DNA from: Tubiluchus corallicola
Lineage: Eukaryota > Animalia > Priapulida
Direction of reading: 5' to 3'
Length of the DNA: 64,000 nt
Assembly: GCA_030141605.1 (NCBI GenBank)
Contig: JAQGDQ010000089.1
Span: 558,001-622,000, forward strand
Part shown: one piece after another, positions 11,731 to 26,324 of the stretch
Numbering within the stretch: position 1 is the stretch's first letter
Layout of the letters: each line of letters begins with the position of its first letter
Notes under the pieces: model-generated
What the model saw: the letters and a program-made list of their open reading frames with translations, nothing else
Database searches by the model: none
What the model was told of the DNA's origin: nothing
Program-made: the position numbers and the translations under genes

Positions 11731-12226
11731 AGCATACAGCATTGCACCTGAGCTCAAGGATTGGCGATCGCTGACGCAATACGTACGTGAGAAAGTAGAT
11801 AGTCACGTATGCTAATGCCTACTTTAAATACACATATCTAAAGTTTTGTCATGTGCACTAGAAACACAATTATGTCTTGAAATGTACAGAGAGCCACATT
11901 TACTTTAACAGGCTCTACAGTTTCACCCAGAAAGGACTTATATTAAGTCTAGTGCACCAAATTAATTATGACATGTACCGTGAGTGGGAAACCATGACTT
12001 ATGACGATGATTTTTTTAAAATAGCTTTTACACATCTTTAATAAAATGTAGTACAGTAAAGTAGACAAGGGTACGATGTTATTGTATCTACTAACAATAA
12101 TATTACAGTAGCATTTCTCCTCTTTATTTTTACCCAGGATACTGCCTCACCCAAGGACATATGTTTTAGAAAAAAGAAATATGCGTAAAACCATGAAAAA
12201 TCAACAAAAGCCACGTACACTACTCA

Positions 12227-12445
<219 letters not shown>

Positions 12446-12689
12446 TTATGTTATATGCAATAAAAACTTTGTGCAGAATAGTATACATGTAATTAAATGA
12501 CTTAAATTAATCGAATCTCAAGAGTTATGACAACTGCTGTTTTCTGTTTTATTCTATGACCTAACTGATGTGAAATTTGGCTAACAAACTGGAAAACTGG
12601 AAACTCACTAAATTATAAATGTAATAGGACAATATCAGGTTTTTGAAAGGGAAAGAGATGCAACAGCTAAGTATTGCTTGGCTATGAGA

Positions 12690-12915
12690 GGCAAGTAGTA
12701 TTGAGCAAGGTTATACTATGGATGGGTAACTGCCTGGGTCTAGGATGGTGTCTTTGACTATTTAACTGGTTGAGGAAAAAGCGCACATATGGCATTTGTG
12801 GGTGAGGAATCACTGTTGGTTCAATGCCTCAATTTAGAGCACTATCGTTAATAAGTAGGCTATGGTATTTAGTGCTGCATAACATAGTGTTGGCACTGAG
12901 CCAAGTTAAGCATAA
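12690..12915 (+). mobile_element. Degenerate SINE with 5S rRNA-like head (copy B)
   Basis: ttgagcaaggttatactatggatgggtaactgcctggg matches the 5S rRNA segment ggttagtacttggatgggNgaccgcctggg; downstream aatcactgttggttcaatgcctcaatttagag is shared with copies A and C. Confidence 0.6.
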
Positions 12916-13071
12916 AATTACAAACTGTGCTAAAACAGGACTTTAGAAAAGCTCTAAGATAAAATTGCGGAATGCACATATCCAATTACTTGAGAAGTTG
13001 AAAAGCAGATGAAATACTTGCTAAGAAACAAAACTTTTTCATTGTAAGAACTAATAATTTCTTGTACTTAC

Positions 13072-13128
13072 TGTTCCAGCTGTATCTAAGATCTCTAGCA
13101 TGCATTGCTGCCCATCAACCTCAACTTG
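13072..13128 (-). CDS. rap1: Rap1 coding exon 3 (QVEVDGQQCMLEILDTAGT)
   Basis: cttgtag acceptor and gtaagt donor; DTAGT carries the Rap-specific Thr61. Confidence 0.97.
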
Positions 13129-13755
13129 CTACAAGATACAACATAATCATTTACTGCAAATCAGTGCATATTATTTTGGCATAAGTATTATATATTAAAC
13201 ATGTAGTGTACGAATTGCAATATACTCTAGAAAAGATGTAGGGAAATGATCAAATATCAATCATTTTTTCAATTATTTTGACTGAGCCACAGAGCAACGC
13301 AATTATTTATAAAAAAATGCAACTTCATGTGTATAGAAGCATAAGTGTGCATAAGTGGCCAATATATTTATTCCAATTGAAAAAATCATGTTAAAAAACT
13401 AAAAACCTAAAAGCTTTACGCCAAAGAAATATTATTCAGAGAAGGTAAAGTCTAATTTAAATTTATTACACACTAATGCACACATAGTACATACATCACT
13501 ATATATGCAAGCAGTTAAATTAACTAAAGTCACAGTCAGTTACAATTTGAACATTAATAAGATGACGTCATTTATAATGCTTACGCAGCACTTCGAGAAA
13601 CAATAACTGTTATTAGCTTGTAAGAACAGCAAAATTAAGGTAAGAAGGGAAATCTACGTACAAGAGTAACATGTTGAAAGGAACAAACTATGTCATTAAA
13701 AAGGTTTCGCTCAAAAATGAGAATAGAAAAAATATTATGAAAATTTATATTATGG

Positions 13756-14130
13756 TAGGGCCATAAAAATTTGCTTCTGTCTGATCTCATGAGCTCATAA
13801 GATGTCAGCAGGGAGGGAGGAAAAAGCTGAATTGTGGAACATTTCAAATCAGTTGAGATCAAAGTTTGCTTATTTCCATTGGCTAGGAGTAGTATTCTAA
13901 ATTTTTTCAACATACATCTTTCATGCTTTGTCGAGTTGCCGTAGATAAACGTAGCTATGCTATCGCTGAAACAACGATGTTATAATTATTGTGTTTTTTA
14001 TGTTTTAGATTAAAAAAAACACACTTTTATATGACTGTGACAGGTAATATATTTACGTAGAAAAAAAGATGAAATTTCTGGCCGGGTGTGCGATAGAAAA
14101 ATATTACCCGGGCGGGAAAATGACTCAACT
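13756..14130. mobile_element. TIR MITE family X, copy 2 (internally deleted)
   Basis: Same conserved blocks as 10940-11730 and 15077-15685, in the same orientation. Confidence 0.8.
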
Positions 14131-14307
14131 GACAGTATGACAATTATGTATTTTAATACAAAATTTTCTATAGCTGAGACACCTCTGATGACAAATGGTA
14201 CGTTCCTGATGAATACGGTGATTGTGTAACAGAGAAACAGCAACAGTTAGAACAGATGGTAATGAAACATTAACAGTTATCAAGTGTCAGAAATTATAAA
14301 AACTTAC

Positions 14308-14376
14308 CTTTCGATAGCTATCCTCGATTGTTGGATCATACTTTTCAACAAAGATACCTTGAACAAATTGCACTGT
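14308..14376 (-). CDS. rap1: Rap1 coding exon 2 (TVQFVQGIFVEKYDPTIEDSYRK)
   Basis: ttattttag acceptor and gtaagt donor; effector loop YDPTIEDSY. Confidence 0.97.
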
Positions 14377-14773
14377 CTAAAATAAAAAAAACATTATTCA
14401 TTATTTAGGTCTTGTCTGATTAATTTTTGAATACATTACGCTCAAGATACAATAATATAATCTAAGCTAAAAGAGTTTTTCTTGGCACTTTTGCACATCA
14501 AAAAATGGAGGTAGTAAGCCAAATGATTTGGCCATTTCATTTATGGTGCTCTAAGACATTTTACATGTGTTCCTTCAAAACAGCAGAACATAACATCGAA
14601 AGCAAAACAGAGAACCAATAGAGAAAAAACAACCAGCTCCACTTACTGAAAATATATCAGTGAAAAAGTCGAAAGTCTATTTAGTTCGATACACACTGCA
14701 GAACTTTATGTAAAAGAGAAACAGATGCTGTACATCATTAAATGTAAACTTATGAAGTAGCAATGATACTTAC

Positions 14774-14830
14774 AATTGCACTCTTGCCAACACCACCACT
14801 ACCCAATACGACAATCTTATACTCTCTCAT
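14774..14830 (-). CDS. rap1: Rap1 coding exon 1 (MREYKIVVLGSGGVGKSAI); the six exons give a 187-aa protein with all introns in phase 0
   Basis: ATG at 14830, P-loop GSGGVGKS, gtaagt donor; acceptor tttcttag at 14851-14852 implies upstream UTR exon(s). Confidence 0.97.
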
Positions 14831-15076
14831 TGTAACAGCACCTTTGTAATCTAAGAAATGGTAAAGAGAACATCATTGCATGGTCCACAAAATACTCACA
14901 GTCGTACCAAACTGGTAGCCAAAATGGGAAGAATTTGAGAATTTATTTGTCTTGTTCATGAGCTTATCATATTTACAATTTCCAAGCTTTAGTGTTGAAA
15001 TGTTGGTAATATGAACATTACAAGCACAGCAGTATTTGAAAACAAAACAAAACAACTAATCTAAACCTAGTCAAGC

Positions 15077-15685
15077 TGGCCACAAAAATTTTTTTTTGTA
15101 TTATCTCATGAGCTCAAAAGATGTCAGTAAGGAGGAGAATAAAATTTTTTTAAAGTTTTGAATATTTAAAAGCTGAATCGCGGATTACTTAATATCAGTT
15201 GAAAACAAATTTTATTTATTTCCTACTGGTTAACAGTAACGTTTTAATTTTTTTTCAAACTGATATTTTTCATGCCTTGTTAGTTAGTTTTTTGTTTTGC
15301 ATTACTAAATTACAGCATAATTATCTATTATCTCATAGTCTCTTTCGCATATAATCTACAACACTACTCAGCCATTAATACACTGATTTAGCAGAAAATA
15401 CGATACTTTTAAGCTTCCACTACAATAATCGGCATTATACAAAATGGCAACCCTGGCTGATAGTTAACTGTAGAAAAACAAGGCAGCATCCTCGCTAAAA
15501 CTACGATGTTATAATAATTACTGCATTTTGTTTTAAATTAAAAACACACATTCATTATATGACTGCATTAGGTAAGCATATATGAACATACAAAAAATGA
15601 TAAAATCCCCCCCCCCCCGAGTATGCAACAAAAAAATATAACCCAGGTGATTAGACAGAAACAGAAGTATTTTTATTGTCACCCT
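15077..15685. mobile_element. TIR MITE family X, copy 3
   Basis: Same conserved blocks; right end gattagacagaaacagaagtatttttattgtcaccct is the inverse of the family left end. Confidence 0.8.
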
Positions 15686-15852
15686 CATTCTATTAAGTAT
15701 TTCTTTTATTTCTTTGCAATCTCTCAGTATTAATTCATCTACTATTTCCAAATGCAAGGGAATAAAACACCTTTCCAAAAGCAAGAATGTGGACTTTTGA
15801 TTTTTCAAGACAACTATTCGCTCCATCTAAACTGGTTCAAGGAGCTACTCAC

Positions 15853-15884
15853 TTGCAGTGTAAGATGTGACACCTCTAAGAAGC
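15853..15884 (-). other. rap1: Candidate 32-nt Rap1 5'UTR exon
   Basis: Bounded by aatttttag acceptor and gtgagt donor on the minus strand; no transcript evidence. Confidence 0.4.
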
Positions 15885-17085
15885 CTAAAAATTAATGTCT
15901 TCTCTTCTATAATAGTTCTCTATGATTTATTTTATACATAAATGCAACATAGATGATTTAATGGCAATACAAAGGTAAGCACGTGGTAATGTTACAAAAT
16001 TTTATTAACTCTGTCTGTACCATATACTAAGTAACCAAGTTAGCTGGGTTTGCTGTACTTGACTTTCCTTATTGAACAAAACATCAATTTTAATAAAATG
16101 TCTGTTCTCTACTATTTAGCAGTTGGGTAATATGTGTACTGTGAATAATCTTGCCATACAGATATTTGGCCTGAAACACACCACACTGCATCACCATAAT
16201 ACATACTGATTTACAGTCCCTTTTTTAGTTTTACGAATATACGTTGTTACACACATTAAAATATAGACTATTTTTCAAGTTACCACACTGTTACATTGGT
16301 GGAAAAATGACGACGATATTCCCTTTCATATGAATACTAACTTATTTGCAATTTATTGATCCGAACAAATGATATACATGACTGTATGCATAAATTATAT
16401 CTGAATGTTTACTACCATGCACACAGAAAATACTGTTGCTGTCGGTGATTAAAAGGCATATGCAAATCAGTAAAATGGAACAAAACGTCAGTTTTATTTC
16501 ATAAAAAATTAACTCTATCCTCAAAAAGCAACTACCTAAAAATTTTATATATTGGAAATACATTACTGATCATAATAGAAAATGTAGTTGATTTAATAAA
16601 TACAAACATGTAGTAATTGGTTAAAATGATTGAGTTCATTCACAAAAATATTAAATTATTAATTATGAATTAAATATTTTAGTTTAGACCCCAAAATAAA
16701 AATTTACTGAATTTTAGGTGTTAAAAGTGCAATCAACGCACTGGTGTTTCGGACCAAGAGAATTTCTTGTTACAGTACAACCACAGCTCAAGCTTTAGTT
16801 TAAATTACAACCATTACGACATTAGTGAACTCGACTGTCTTACCAAACTTAGTTACCCATATCATTACTTACTACCCTTTCCTGCACCATTAACACAATG
16901 TTTTTAGTCATGATTTGAATTAAATAATCATCATTTCCTTTACATGTTTTGTTAGAATTATATGACAATAACGTGTTTATACTCTATTAGTAATTACATT
17001 TTTAGGGAGGAGATAAATAAAGCACGTTACGTCTTACTGTAACATACCGTAAACACATTAAATTAACAAAAACCAAAAAACTTAC

Positions 17086-17300
17086 GAAGCGGCCTACTCA
17101 CTGAATATTCTCTAAGTTTAATATTACTTGTATACTTAACAAAATCTTAATAAATAAAAGTAATTTCCACCAATCCTGTTTTACAATTTTTACAACCCAA
17201 AAACCACGCAAAACACGCAAGCATCATTTGCTCAAAGTGAATTTCTCATTTTCTTTATTCAATCCGGTTTTGTTAACTACTCGAGTCACAACAGTTCAGC
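17086..17300 (-). other. rap1: Candidate first (non-coding) exon / TSS region of Rap1
   Basis: Strong donor CG|gtaagt at 17085 followed by T-rich intron-like sequence; upstream boundary is approximate. Confidence 0.4.
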
Positions 17301-18205
17301 ATCGTTGCTTGAGACTAGTTGCTTGTGTACTGCTGCCTAACCATGTTTGCACTTTACTTATATATACGCTGAATTTCGGCAACAAAATTAAAATAATGTC
17401 GAGGATTACTTATAATGTTGAATTTTGTGCAGCTTGCAATCCAGTCTCTACTCTCCTGCGTTCATCGTCAGTTGAACTGGCCAGTTGGCTTTCCTATTGT
17501 AATGGTTGTGTAAAACTAAGCCTTGATGAAGGTGTAGTTTACTGAGAGTGATGACTCATATCCATTTAGATAAAGAGATCCTAGGATATTCTGCTTGGCG
17601 AGCTAATCTGAATCTACTAACCTCGATCAAAATCGAATTTTTGGTGAAGAGAAGAACGATGGTGGTATCTAAAGTTACATACTTCCCTCTTGCAGTTCCT
17701 GTTCCTAAAAGGCAAAACATAATATTGCTGAAAGGTAAACTTCATAAAAAATTAAAAAATGCTTAAACTTGAACACCGTGAAAAGCTTTTTCAAGAAGCA
17801 AGTTCTGCAAACATCAGAATAAGCAGGAATTTTATTCCAGCATATAGCGAAAATAACAGTGAAAGCGAGTGTTATATTATTATATTTTTCAAAAAACTCT
17901 GGCCTCGTGAGTAAGAAAATGCTGGACGTGGCACTGTGACCATTTTAGATCATACTTTTTCGTGTGTTACTTACAACTCATAAAGTCAGTTGATTAGCAT
18001 GCGAAATGCTAGGGTGGAGACTATACTGTCCAGCTGAATTAATTTTCAGCAGGAATAATTATGAAGCATCCGTAGACATTCATGAATCGTAAAAGTACAA
18101 GAAAAATTACTGAAAGCTTGCTTAGAGAATCTTTGTGTAATTCAAACAGAATCCACGCCCATATACATTAAGTGACTACTGATACCCGTATCTCCCCTCC
18201 CTCAG

Positions 18206-21200
18206 TAGGTGTGAGCATCGAACGTTCGAGTTCGAACGTTCGAATTCTCTTCGAACCTAAAGTTATGGATTCGAATAATTCAGCATTTTAGCCACATGGA
18301 TTCTTTACCACTAAAGTTTTTGCAATAATATCCAATTAGCGCAATTGGGCTGTAGTCTGTGCAAAATTTTTCAAATCAAATCAATTTATTTTTTCACTCC
18401 AGCAATACATATACAATACATCAACATGCAATATTATTGAAAAAAAGAAACAGTATAGGTAAAAAAAGTTGATGAAGTCAAATTAATCAAATAAAAGAGT
18501 TGCTGTATGACACCTTGAAAGCTTGGCTTGTTGAGGTGGCAAAAATGAGTAAATGAAAGAATAATTAGGGTTAGTAAAGATGATGGAATGGAAAAAATAG
18601 TAAGATTAGGGATAGGAAGAAGGAAAAGGGGAGAGTGTATGTGTGTGTTTAATTTACGTAGAGCTATATTAAAATAGTATTATAATTGATTGGAGACCAT
18701 ATATTGCGACTGCATGAAACACAAAAGCATTAAAATTGCATTATAAGTATGAATCAAGAATTGTTCTTTTCAAGTACTTTTTGAAACTATATATAGTTTT
18801 GTGTATTTTTACTTGGGTACTTGTTTTATTCCAATTGTTGGGGGCAGTGAATTTAATAAAGTGCCTGGCACTAATAGTACGACAGTAAGGGACATGATAT
18901 TCATTGAACCTTGTAAAGTAATGTTTAAGATTTGCTGTAATTGGATTTATAAAGGAAGTGGGAAACAAGTAGTAATATGTCTTGTACATATAAATAGACA
19001 AGTGATATATAACCAAGTATTCGAGAATTATTATACCACATTCATTAAATAAGGACATACCAACAGTTGTACGTTTAGATAAATTGTTTAATATCCTTAT
19101 AAACTTCTTTGATGCCTAGATAAACTTATTAAGTTGGATGGATAAGATGTTCCCCCTATAATGCAGCAATAAGTTAGGTATGGTAATACCAATGAATTAT
19201 AAAGTGTTATAAGATGAGATTTGTATAATTTATTTTTAATAAAATTAATTATTCCCAGATTCTTAGCAATTTTTAAACTGGTAGAATTGATATATGGTTT
19301 CCATTCAAGATTTTCATTAATTACAACGCCTAAGAATTTTATATTTGGAACTCTTTCCATTGCCTGTCCTTTAATGAATAAGTTAATGTCATTTGGGAGC
19401 CTTTTATTTTTAGAGAGAAATACAATGCATTTTGTTTTAAACTTTTAGTTGGATTCAATGACAATTTGTTTGCTTTAAACCAATCAGCTATTAATGGGAG
19501 TTTATTTTTTTCAGGCACAGAATAAGATTGTACATAAAAAAATAATGTGGTGTCATCTGCAAATTGAAATAGGTTATTGTTGGTTAAGACATTGGACAGG
19601 TCATTGATATATATTAAAAATAATAGAGGGCCAAGAATGGAGCCTTGTGGTACGCCACACTTCATGGATTGAGGGCTAGATAGACAATTATAGCATCTAA
19701 CTATTTGGCTTCTTACAGAAAGATAATTATTGAACCATTCATTTGGAATTCCTCGTATACCATAGTGGGAAAGTTTTTCAATTAGCACATCATGGTCAAT
19801 GGTGTCGAAGGCTTTAGAGAAGTCACAGAAAATGCCAACAGAGATTGAATTGTTTTCGACAGTATTAACAATTTGTTCACAGATTTTAATTAATGCTAGC
19901 TCAGCGAATAGGCCTGATTTGAATCCAAATTGACTGTTGTTAAGTATGTTATTTTTGATTAAATATTTGTATAATTGATTGTGCACACATCTTGCAGGTA
20001 TCTTAGAAAAAAAGGGTAGCTGGGACATTGGTCTGTAGTTATTTAAGTTCGTGTTGTCGCCAGTCTTATACTAAAAGAGTGGTACTAAAAGAGCTTGTTT
20101 CATCTTGATGGGAACAATGCTACTACTAAGAGATTTATTTAAAATATGAGTTACAGGTATTGATATTTGAGGAAATATATCTGCGATTATTGTAGGCATG
20201 TAGTTGTCAATCCCGGGACTCTTGCATATTGCATATATTAAGAACTTTAGGAGTAACTGGATTAAAAAAGAACGAATTGGGGTAGTTACCTTTTAAGTGT
20301 TCTCTAAAATGATGATTTGACATATTAATATTCTCAGCAAGTGATGGTCCAACATTGGCAAAATACTCATTGAATTGATCAGCAGTTAATTTGTTATTTG
20401 TTTCGATTTTATTGTTGATATTTAATTCAATTTGATTTTGCATTTTGCCTTTATTCATTATTTCCTTCATAGTTGTCCATGTCGTTTTTATATTGTTTTT
20501 ATACATTTCTAATCTATGCTTATAATAGTTATCTCTAGACGTTTTAACAAGATTGTTTAATTTGCTACGATATCCTTTGTATTGATTTAAGAATGTAGGA
20601 TCGTTATTTTTTAGTGTTGCTCTATACATTTTATTTCTGTTTCTAATCGAATTTAATAATCCAACGGATATCCAGGGTTTTTTGTTATGGTTAGGATTGA
20701 TTTGTGTGCGTTTCTCTCTTATGTGCGAGCTGTAAATGTTAAATTTATCATAAAAATTTCTGTGGGTAAATTAGGAGCTTGCTCTTACAGGACGTCGTCC
20801 CAATTAGTACTAGATAACTTGTTTCTAAGGGCTGTTTTGATCAAATCGTTGTAAATAGTTTTATTGCGGAAAGTCTTTTGCATAGGAGATGGTAGGTTAA
20901 AAACAGTGATTGAAAAATAGGATAGTTGTCAGTGATATCAGTAAGCAGTATACTGTGGTTTGTGATGGTACTGAATGACGTTGGTGAAAATGTTGTCGAT
21001 AATTGTGGCTGAAAAGTTAGTCATTCTTGTAGGACGTGTTATTGTTGGGAACGTGGAATTGGTAAACATTGAATCTAGAAAGTATTTGGTATCATTGTGG
21101 ATTTGATGATTAATCAAATTAATATTATAATCGCCCGTGATGTATAAATGTTTTCCTTGGTTACTGACTTTGGATATTACTCCAGAGATTTTATATGTAA

Positions 21201-23023
21201 ACTGTAAAGGAAATTCATCTGGAGGACGTAAATTGAGCCGATAACAATGTTCTTGTCCTGATTGCATAATATCTCAACAAAAATGGCTTCAATATCATTG
21301 TCAGAACGATTTATATCATTACGGACAATAAATGGTAAATCCTCTCTAACGAACAATGCAACACCACCACCACCTTTATGTATTGTCCTATTAATAAATG
21401 AAGACGTGTAACCAGGTAAGTTAATCGAGGAACCAGTGTTATCCATGAGCCAAGTTTCAGACAGGGCAATCATGGAAAAATTTGTGCTTAACATCTGTAG
21501 ATAAGCCAGAAAATGATTAAAATTTGCATTTATACTTCTAATATTTAAATGTATGTTTGACAAAGGGTTGTTGTCTGGCATATTGTAACCGTTACGAAAC
21601 ATTGAATTGAATTGGTCGATATCATAATATTTACTACAATTTGGAATGTTCATGCTATTAAAGAAATTTGTATCGGAGTTGATTTTGTCTAGGTATTCAG
21701 TACTATGATTGATTAGGTTGCTGTTATCGTCAAATAAATTTAATTTAAAGGCATCACAGTCGATTATATTAGCAATATTTATATACCTGGCGACCAGAAA
21801 AAAATCTTCATCATCGAGAATCTTATTAAAAGGAAATATGTCTGCTAAGCAGTTATGGCAGAACCAGGCATTACTATCATGAGATAAATTAGTAAAATTA
21901 GGAAAACATTTAGACGAGAACATTTAAGATGGATCCATGACTCACAACAGTCACAATATATTTCATACTGATTAGTTTTGACAGGTCTAAAGCAAGTAGA
22001 ACAAGGAGAACGAACTGCGGTCATAACTGTGAAGAAAGTACAGGAAAAAAACAGTAACAACAAAAACAAACAAACAAACAGACAAGCAACAACAACAATT
22101 CACAGGATAACGTCAACACAGTCAAGGTCACGGAGAAAAGGAGAGTACAAGGCTATAATGGTTAAGTCAGGAGAAAATGTAGAGTAGGTATTGATCATGA
22201 AAAGGCAGGGTGTGTCATACGAAAATTTTTAAATCGAATTTAAATGCTGATGACTGTTTGTTAAAATGTGAATACAGAATTTTTGGTTGTAGATATGGCT
22301 AATTAACAAAACCTCAAAGATCAAATTTATGAATACTACAAGTGATTATTCATGTGCAGCAGTACATAGACTGAGAAAAGACAACAATTTTCGTACAGTG
22401 TACTACAGTAGGATACAATCAGAATACATGCAAAAATACTACAGTTTATGCAGAAAACAGATTTCTATATCGTTATTACCAGGTTACTATAGCAATATAC
22501 AACATATAATTATATCGTTGTGCAACAAAGAGTGAAAGAAATTAGTAGAAATATCAGATGAAGACAGGGTTAATTTTATGAAGTCAATATTATTAATAAC
22601 CAAATGCTAAAATAGGAATGTATGTCTAAACAAGTATAGTATAAATGAATAATGCAGTAGTAGAGTATAGCTGTAATATGATGCACTAGAATATTTCGCG
22701 TAAAAGGTCAAGGAGATTATTGTTACTACATTAACATAGGGGTTAACTAAAGTCTAGCTGCAAGCTAGAAGTTCTTTCATAGCAATGACTTGTGAACGTT
22801 CAAGTACGTTTAACAAACTAATAGTGGTTTTACTGCAGAAGATAATCATATTGTATGCGTGATCTTTGTAAAACCACTCTTTACTAATGGTTCGAAAAAC
22901 TCAAAACTCAATCGAATTCGAATTCGATTCGAGTTCGAAATATGGAAATTCGGTTTGATTCAAATTCGAAAGGCACAAATTCGATTCTATTCGAATTCGC
23001 TTTTTGGTAGAGAATCACTCCTC
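18206..23023. mobile_element. hAT-like MITE with TTCGAA-rich subterminal arrays, split by the LINE insertion
   Basis: Dense TTCGAA/TCGAAT clusters at 18218-18275 and 22890-23000; ends aggtgtga / tcactcct; similar flanks ccctcag / ccctcgag. Confidence 0.6.
18372..22221 (-). mobile_element. Decayed CR1/L2-group LINE: PHD finger, apurinic endonuclease and reverse transcriptase, with many frameshifts and stops
   Basis: PHD (CSTC..IYCDCCESWIHLKC..WFCHNC), EN (HLNIRS, ALSETWL, GGGVALFV, ITGDYNINL, IIDNIFTN), RT (DFSKAFDTIDH, GVPQGSILGPLLFLIYIND, FADDT, IKFLGV). 3' AATAAA plus (ATTTG)n tail; 9-bp TSD aaaattttt at 18363-18371 and 22222-22230. Confidence 0.95.
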
Positions 23024-23647
23024 CCCTCGAGTGTGAGAAGAGAACTCCCCGGCTGAACTAGTGAAGCATTCAAGGCTCTATAATTATTAATGCCATGTTG
23101 TCCGCAAAAAAAACTTTTGGTGGTAAGGATAAAAAAGCTGTTTTGTTCCTGTAATAGTGAGTTAAGAACCACGATTACTCCTTTATGAGATCCTTCATGG
23201 CGGCCACATTAAATTTTGTCATACTGCCCTGACTTTTTGTCTTGTTGAAGAAGTCGGCATGCACATCTGAACATAGCAGGACAAATTCTGCACGGGCTTC
23301 GTAACGGACCAAATCATTACAATGTAGTGAAAGTAAACGGGTACTCAGAATAAGTTTTCTGTTCTGCGTAATAATCTGGAATAATCTGCGTAAGGCAACC
23401 AACAAACGTTTTCCTTTAGTAAATAATTTTATTCTAATATCCTAAAATTGACGATGAAGGATGTTTTCAAAATGCTACTTAAAGGGGTAGAAAGGAGAAT
23501 TTTAAACTACATCCCAAAAACATCCCTTACAAAGTTATATTACATGTACAATGTACTTTGCATTGCGCTTATCTGTTTGAAAGACTATGTCATTGGAAAA
23601 GAAAAGTCTGAATAAATTAAAATAAATTAAAAACAGAAAACCCATCT

Positions 23648-23707
23648 CAGTGTGCACCACCGATTCACCAAAAACACATTGTTGATCTTACTGACAATAT
23701 AAAGTAA
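23648..23707. repeat. Dispersed repeat shared with 62247-62308
   Basis: cagtgtgcaccac.gattcacca.aaa..at.tt.ttgatctt...ga.aatataaagtaa occurs at both sites. Confidence 0.85.
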
Positions 23708-23800
23708 CTTATGCTTAGTTAGCAATGGATATGATAAGATAAAATAAGATAAGATAAAATTGTCGTTATAAATTGTGTGTTTGTCATCATAAATCACGGC

Positions 23801-23910
<110 letters not shown>

Positions 23911-26324
23911 TATCATGATTTGTATTGTATTGTAATATGCACCTTGTTCTGAAATAAAAGTATCCAATAAAAAAAAATCAATCTCTGTATCCATCCTACC
24001 CTACACACCTCATGGTATACATACCTGTACCCCTATCTAAAAATACATTTTTGATACAATTTCTCCTCTTTAATCGTGCCTTCCACCCCGACTTGCTGCA
24101 ACAATGAGTTTTTCCTCTGATTAGATTACGTCCTCACAGCTTATCGAACGACTCTCTAATAAAACGCTTTCGCTGCAGAGAAATTCGCTAAGTCAGCGTT
24201 TAGGAGCCAAACACATCGGCTTCTTCTGCATCAATTTTGCCATAAAATGTCTCGTCGTATAAGATTATCTAATTTTTCCTCACCGTGACTCCCGTGGGAC
24301 CTTTTTCAGATTAAGCTGTATATTACTGGAAAGCGCACGCATTTTATAACAGGGGTGACAGCGAGTGCGAAATGCATAAAAATGTCACGATGAAAGCAGT
24401 GTGCAATGGTTTAATGCTAATAAAATTTAATGCTGTAGAGCCTCGCTCTGTAATATTAAAATAAGGTTGGAATGTCCTATAAATCAGATACATTAGTTAT
24501 CTAATTATTTTAGCTATAATGTGTTGTTAATTATTATTTGGTTAAATATTATTAATAATATACATTATTATCTGATGTAATGTTGTAGTTATAAAATCGT
24601 CTCCAATGTGAAAAACCGTATAATATTTAGTGTAAACGCTTTAATTGGAAACATGTATTTTTACAGCTAGACTGCTAGATAATTGTAAGACTTATAATTT
24701 TAATTAATTTAAAATATATGAATCGTAATTATTACTTATTAATAATTATTTTGAGCTTTTAAAACCCCATGTGTTGGACTAAGATAGTTACATATCACTA
24801 CAGCCCAATTAACCAGGCATCAAACATACGCAATACAATACACTTTGAGACAAATATTTTTTGTGTACATATTTCTTTTTCTGTTATGTCTCTTGTGTCT
24901 CACTCCTATGTTCTGTGATTGTGCAAATGAAATTATGCTCCTGTGTTATTTTTCTTTTGTTTCTTATTTATTGTGCTTCTGTCTTTTCTATATGAGTGTA
25001 TCCTTATTAGTGTGATATCTTTATGAGTTAATAATATAAAAAACTCACCAAATAATTAGTTTTAGCAAATTTAAGTGATATTTTTTGTTTTTACTTTCTA
25101 TTGTTCCACCTATACATGCAGCGGTAGTTTGAAACATTGTTTTCCTCGCTTCTTTATTGTGGGATTTTCTCTTCAATAAGTAAAGTTTCATCATGTTCGG
25201 CCAAGCAGGGCAAGGGAGTTGTACAAGTTTTAGAATGAGGTGGGTACATCACTTGATCTTGTATCGAGCCTTAACTGTGATCAAAAGTAAAATCTATAAC
25301 AATTACAATAGTGTTACAACGTCCCATAACGTTTATTCACATAAACATCTTATTTTGTCCTATTTCAAGTGGCAATCTTTCATGTGCTGGTAGGAATTCA
25401 TGATATCAAAATGCACAATAGTTTCATTTTATAATTTTAATTGCCCAACAGTGTGCACACAAACTGGTAAGTATCTTACAGTCTTATAATAAGCTTAGTG
25501 CTAGCAGAACATACATTTATTGATAGTACGAAAATCTAGCGGAGAAACACAATAATTATACCTACGGTAAATTCAAGGTCATGATTTTTAAAGGGAACTT
25601 TTGTTGTTTCCCTTTTTTGGTGTATAGATTTGGTGTACACCCATAAATTTGGTGTATAGATAAAAAGAGCAGAATATTCACACTGTTCTTAGTGAACAGC
25701 GACCAAAGTTAAGTAGCACTGTGCCTTGTAAATGAATCTTGTTTAACTATTATTATGCCGAACGGAATAACCATGTATTTGAGAAAGTACGGTTTTATAT
25801 GTATATGAGGTGTTCTACAAAAAAGTTGTAACCAAGGCAAAACAATATTGTTTTGATCTAAAGTATTGTATACTGTACTATTCATGTACATAGATCGCAA
25901 AAAGCAAAACGGAAAACAATAAGATAGGTAGGCATTTTAACTGTTCGCCTAACTGTTTTGATTTTTCTCGTTTCACCCACATTACAAATCGAAAATTTAC
26001 TATTAACAGCATAAACAAGGTGGTCCAGTTACCGTCTTTTTGCGTAATTCGAACAATTAAACAGCAAATTTAAAACGAAAATTATTATACATTTTCAATT
26101 GGACACGTGCACCTAATATGGTTGCATGACCGTTCGCCGTACTACATCCCACATGACAAACATTATATTTCCAACGCTTATAAAATCAACTGTGATAACG
26201 TATTGGTAGGTGCATGTGATTTTGATTTTAAACATTTGAATAACTTTTATTGCTTTCAAATAACCACAAAAAGACTGAAATGCAGCCACTATTATATTTA
26301 CGCATAGATATTGTAAGAAGCCCT

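Noticed and set aside
23040-23405. Coding-looking stretch (76-aa minus-strand ORF) beside the MITE
   Set aside because: No recognisable domain, an in-frame stop, and no convincing splice pair.
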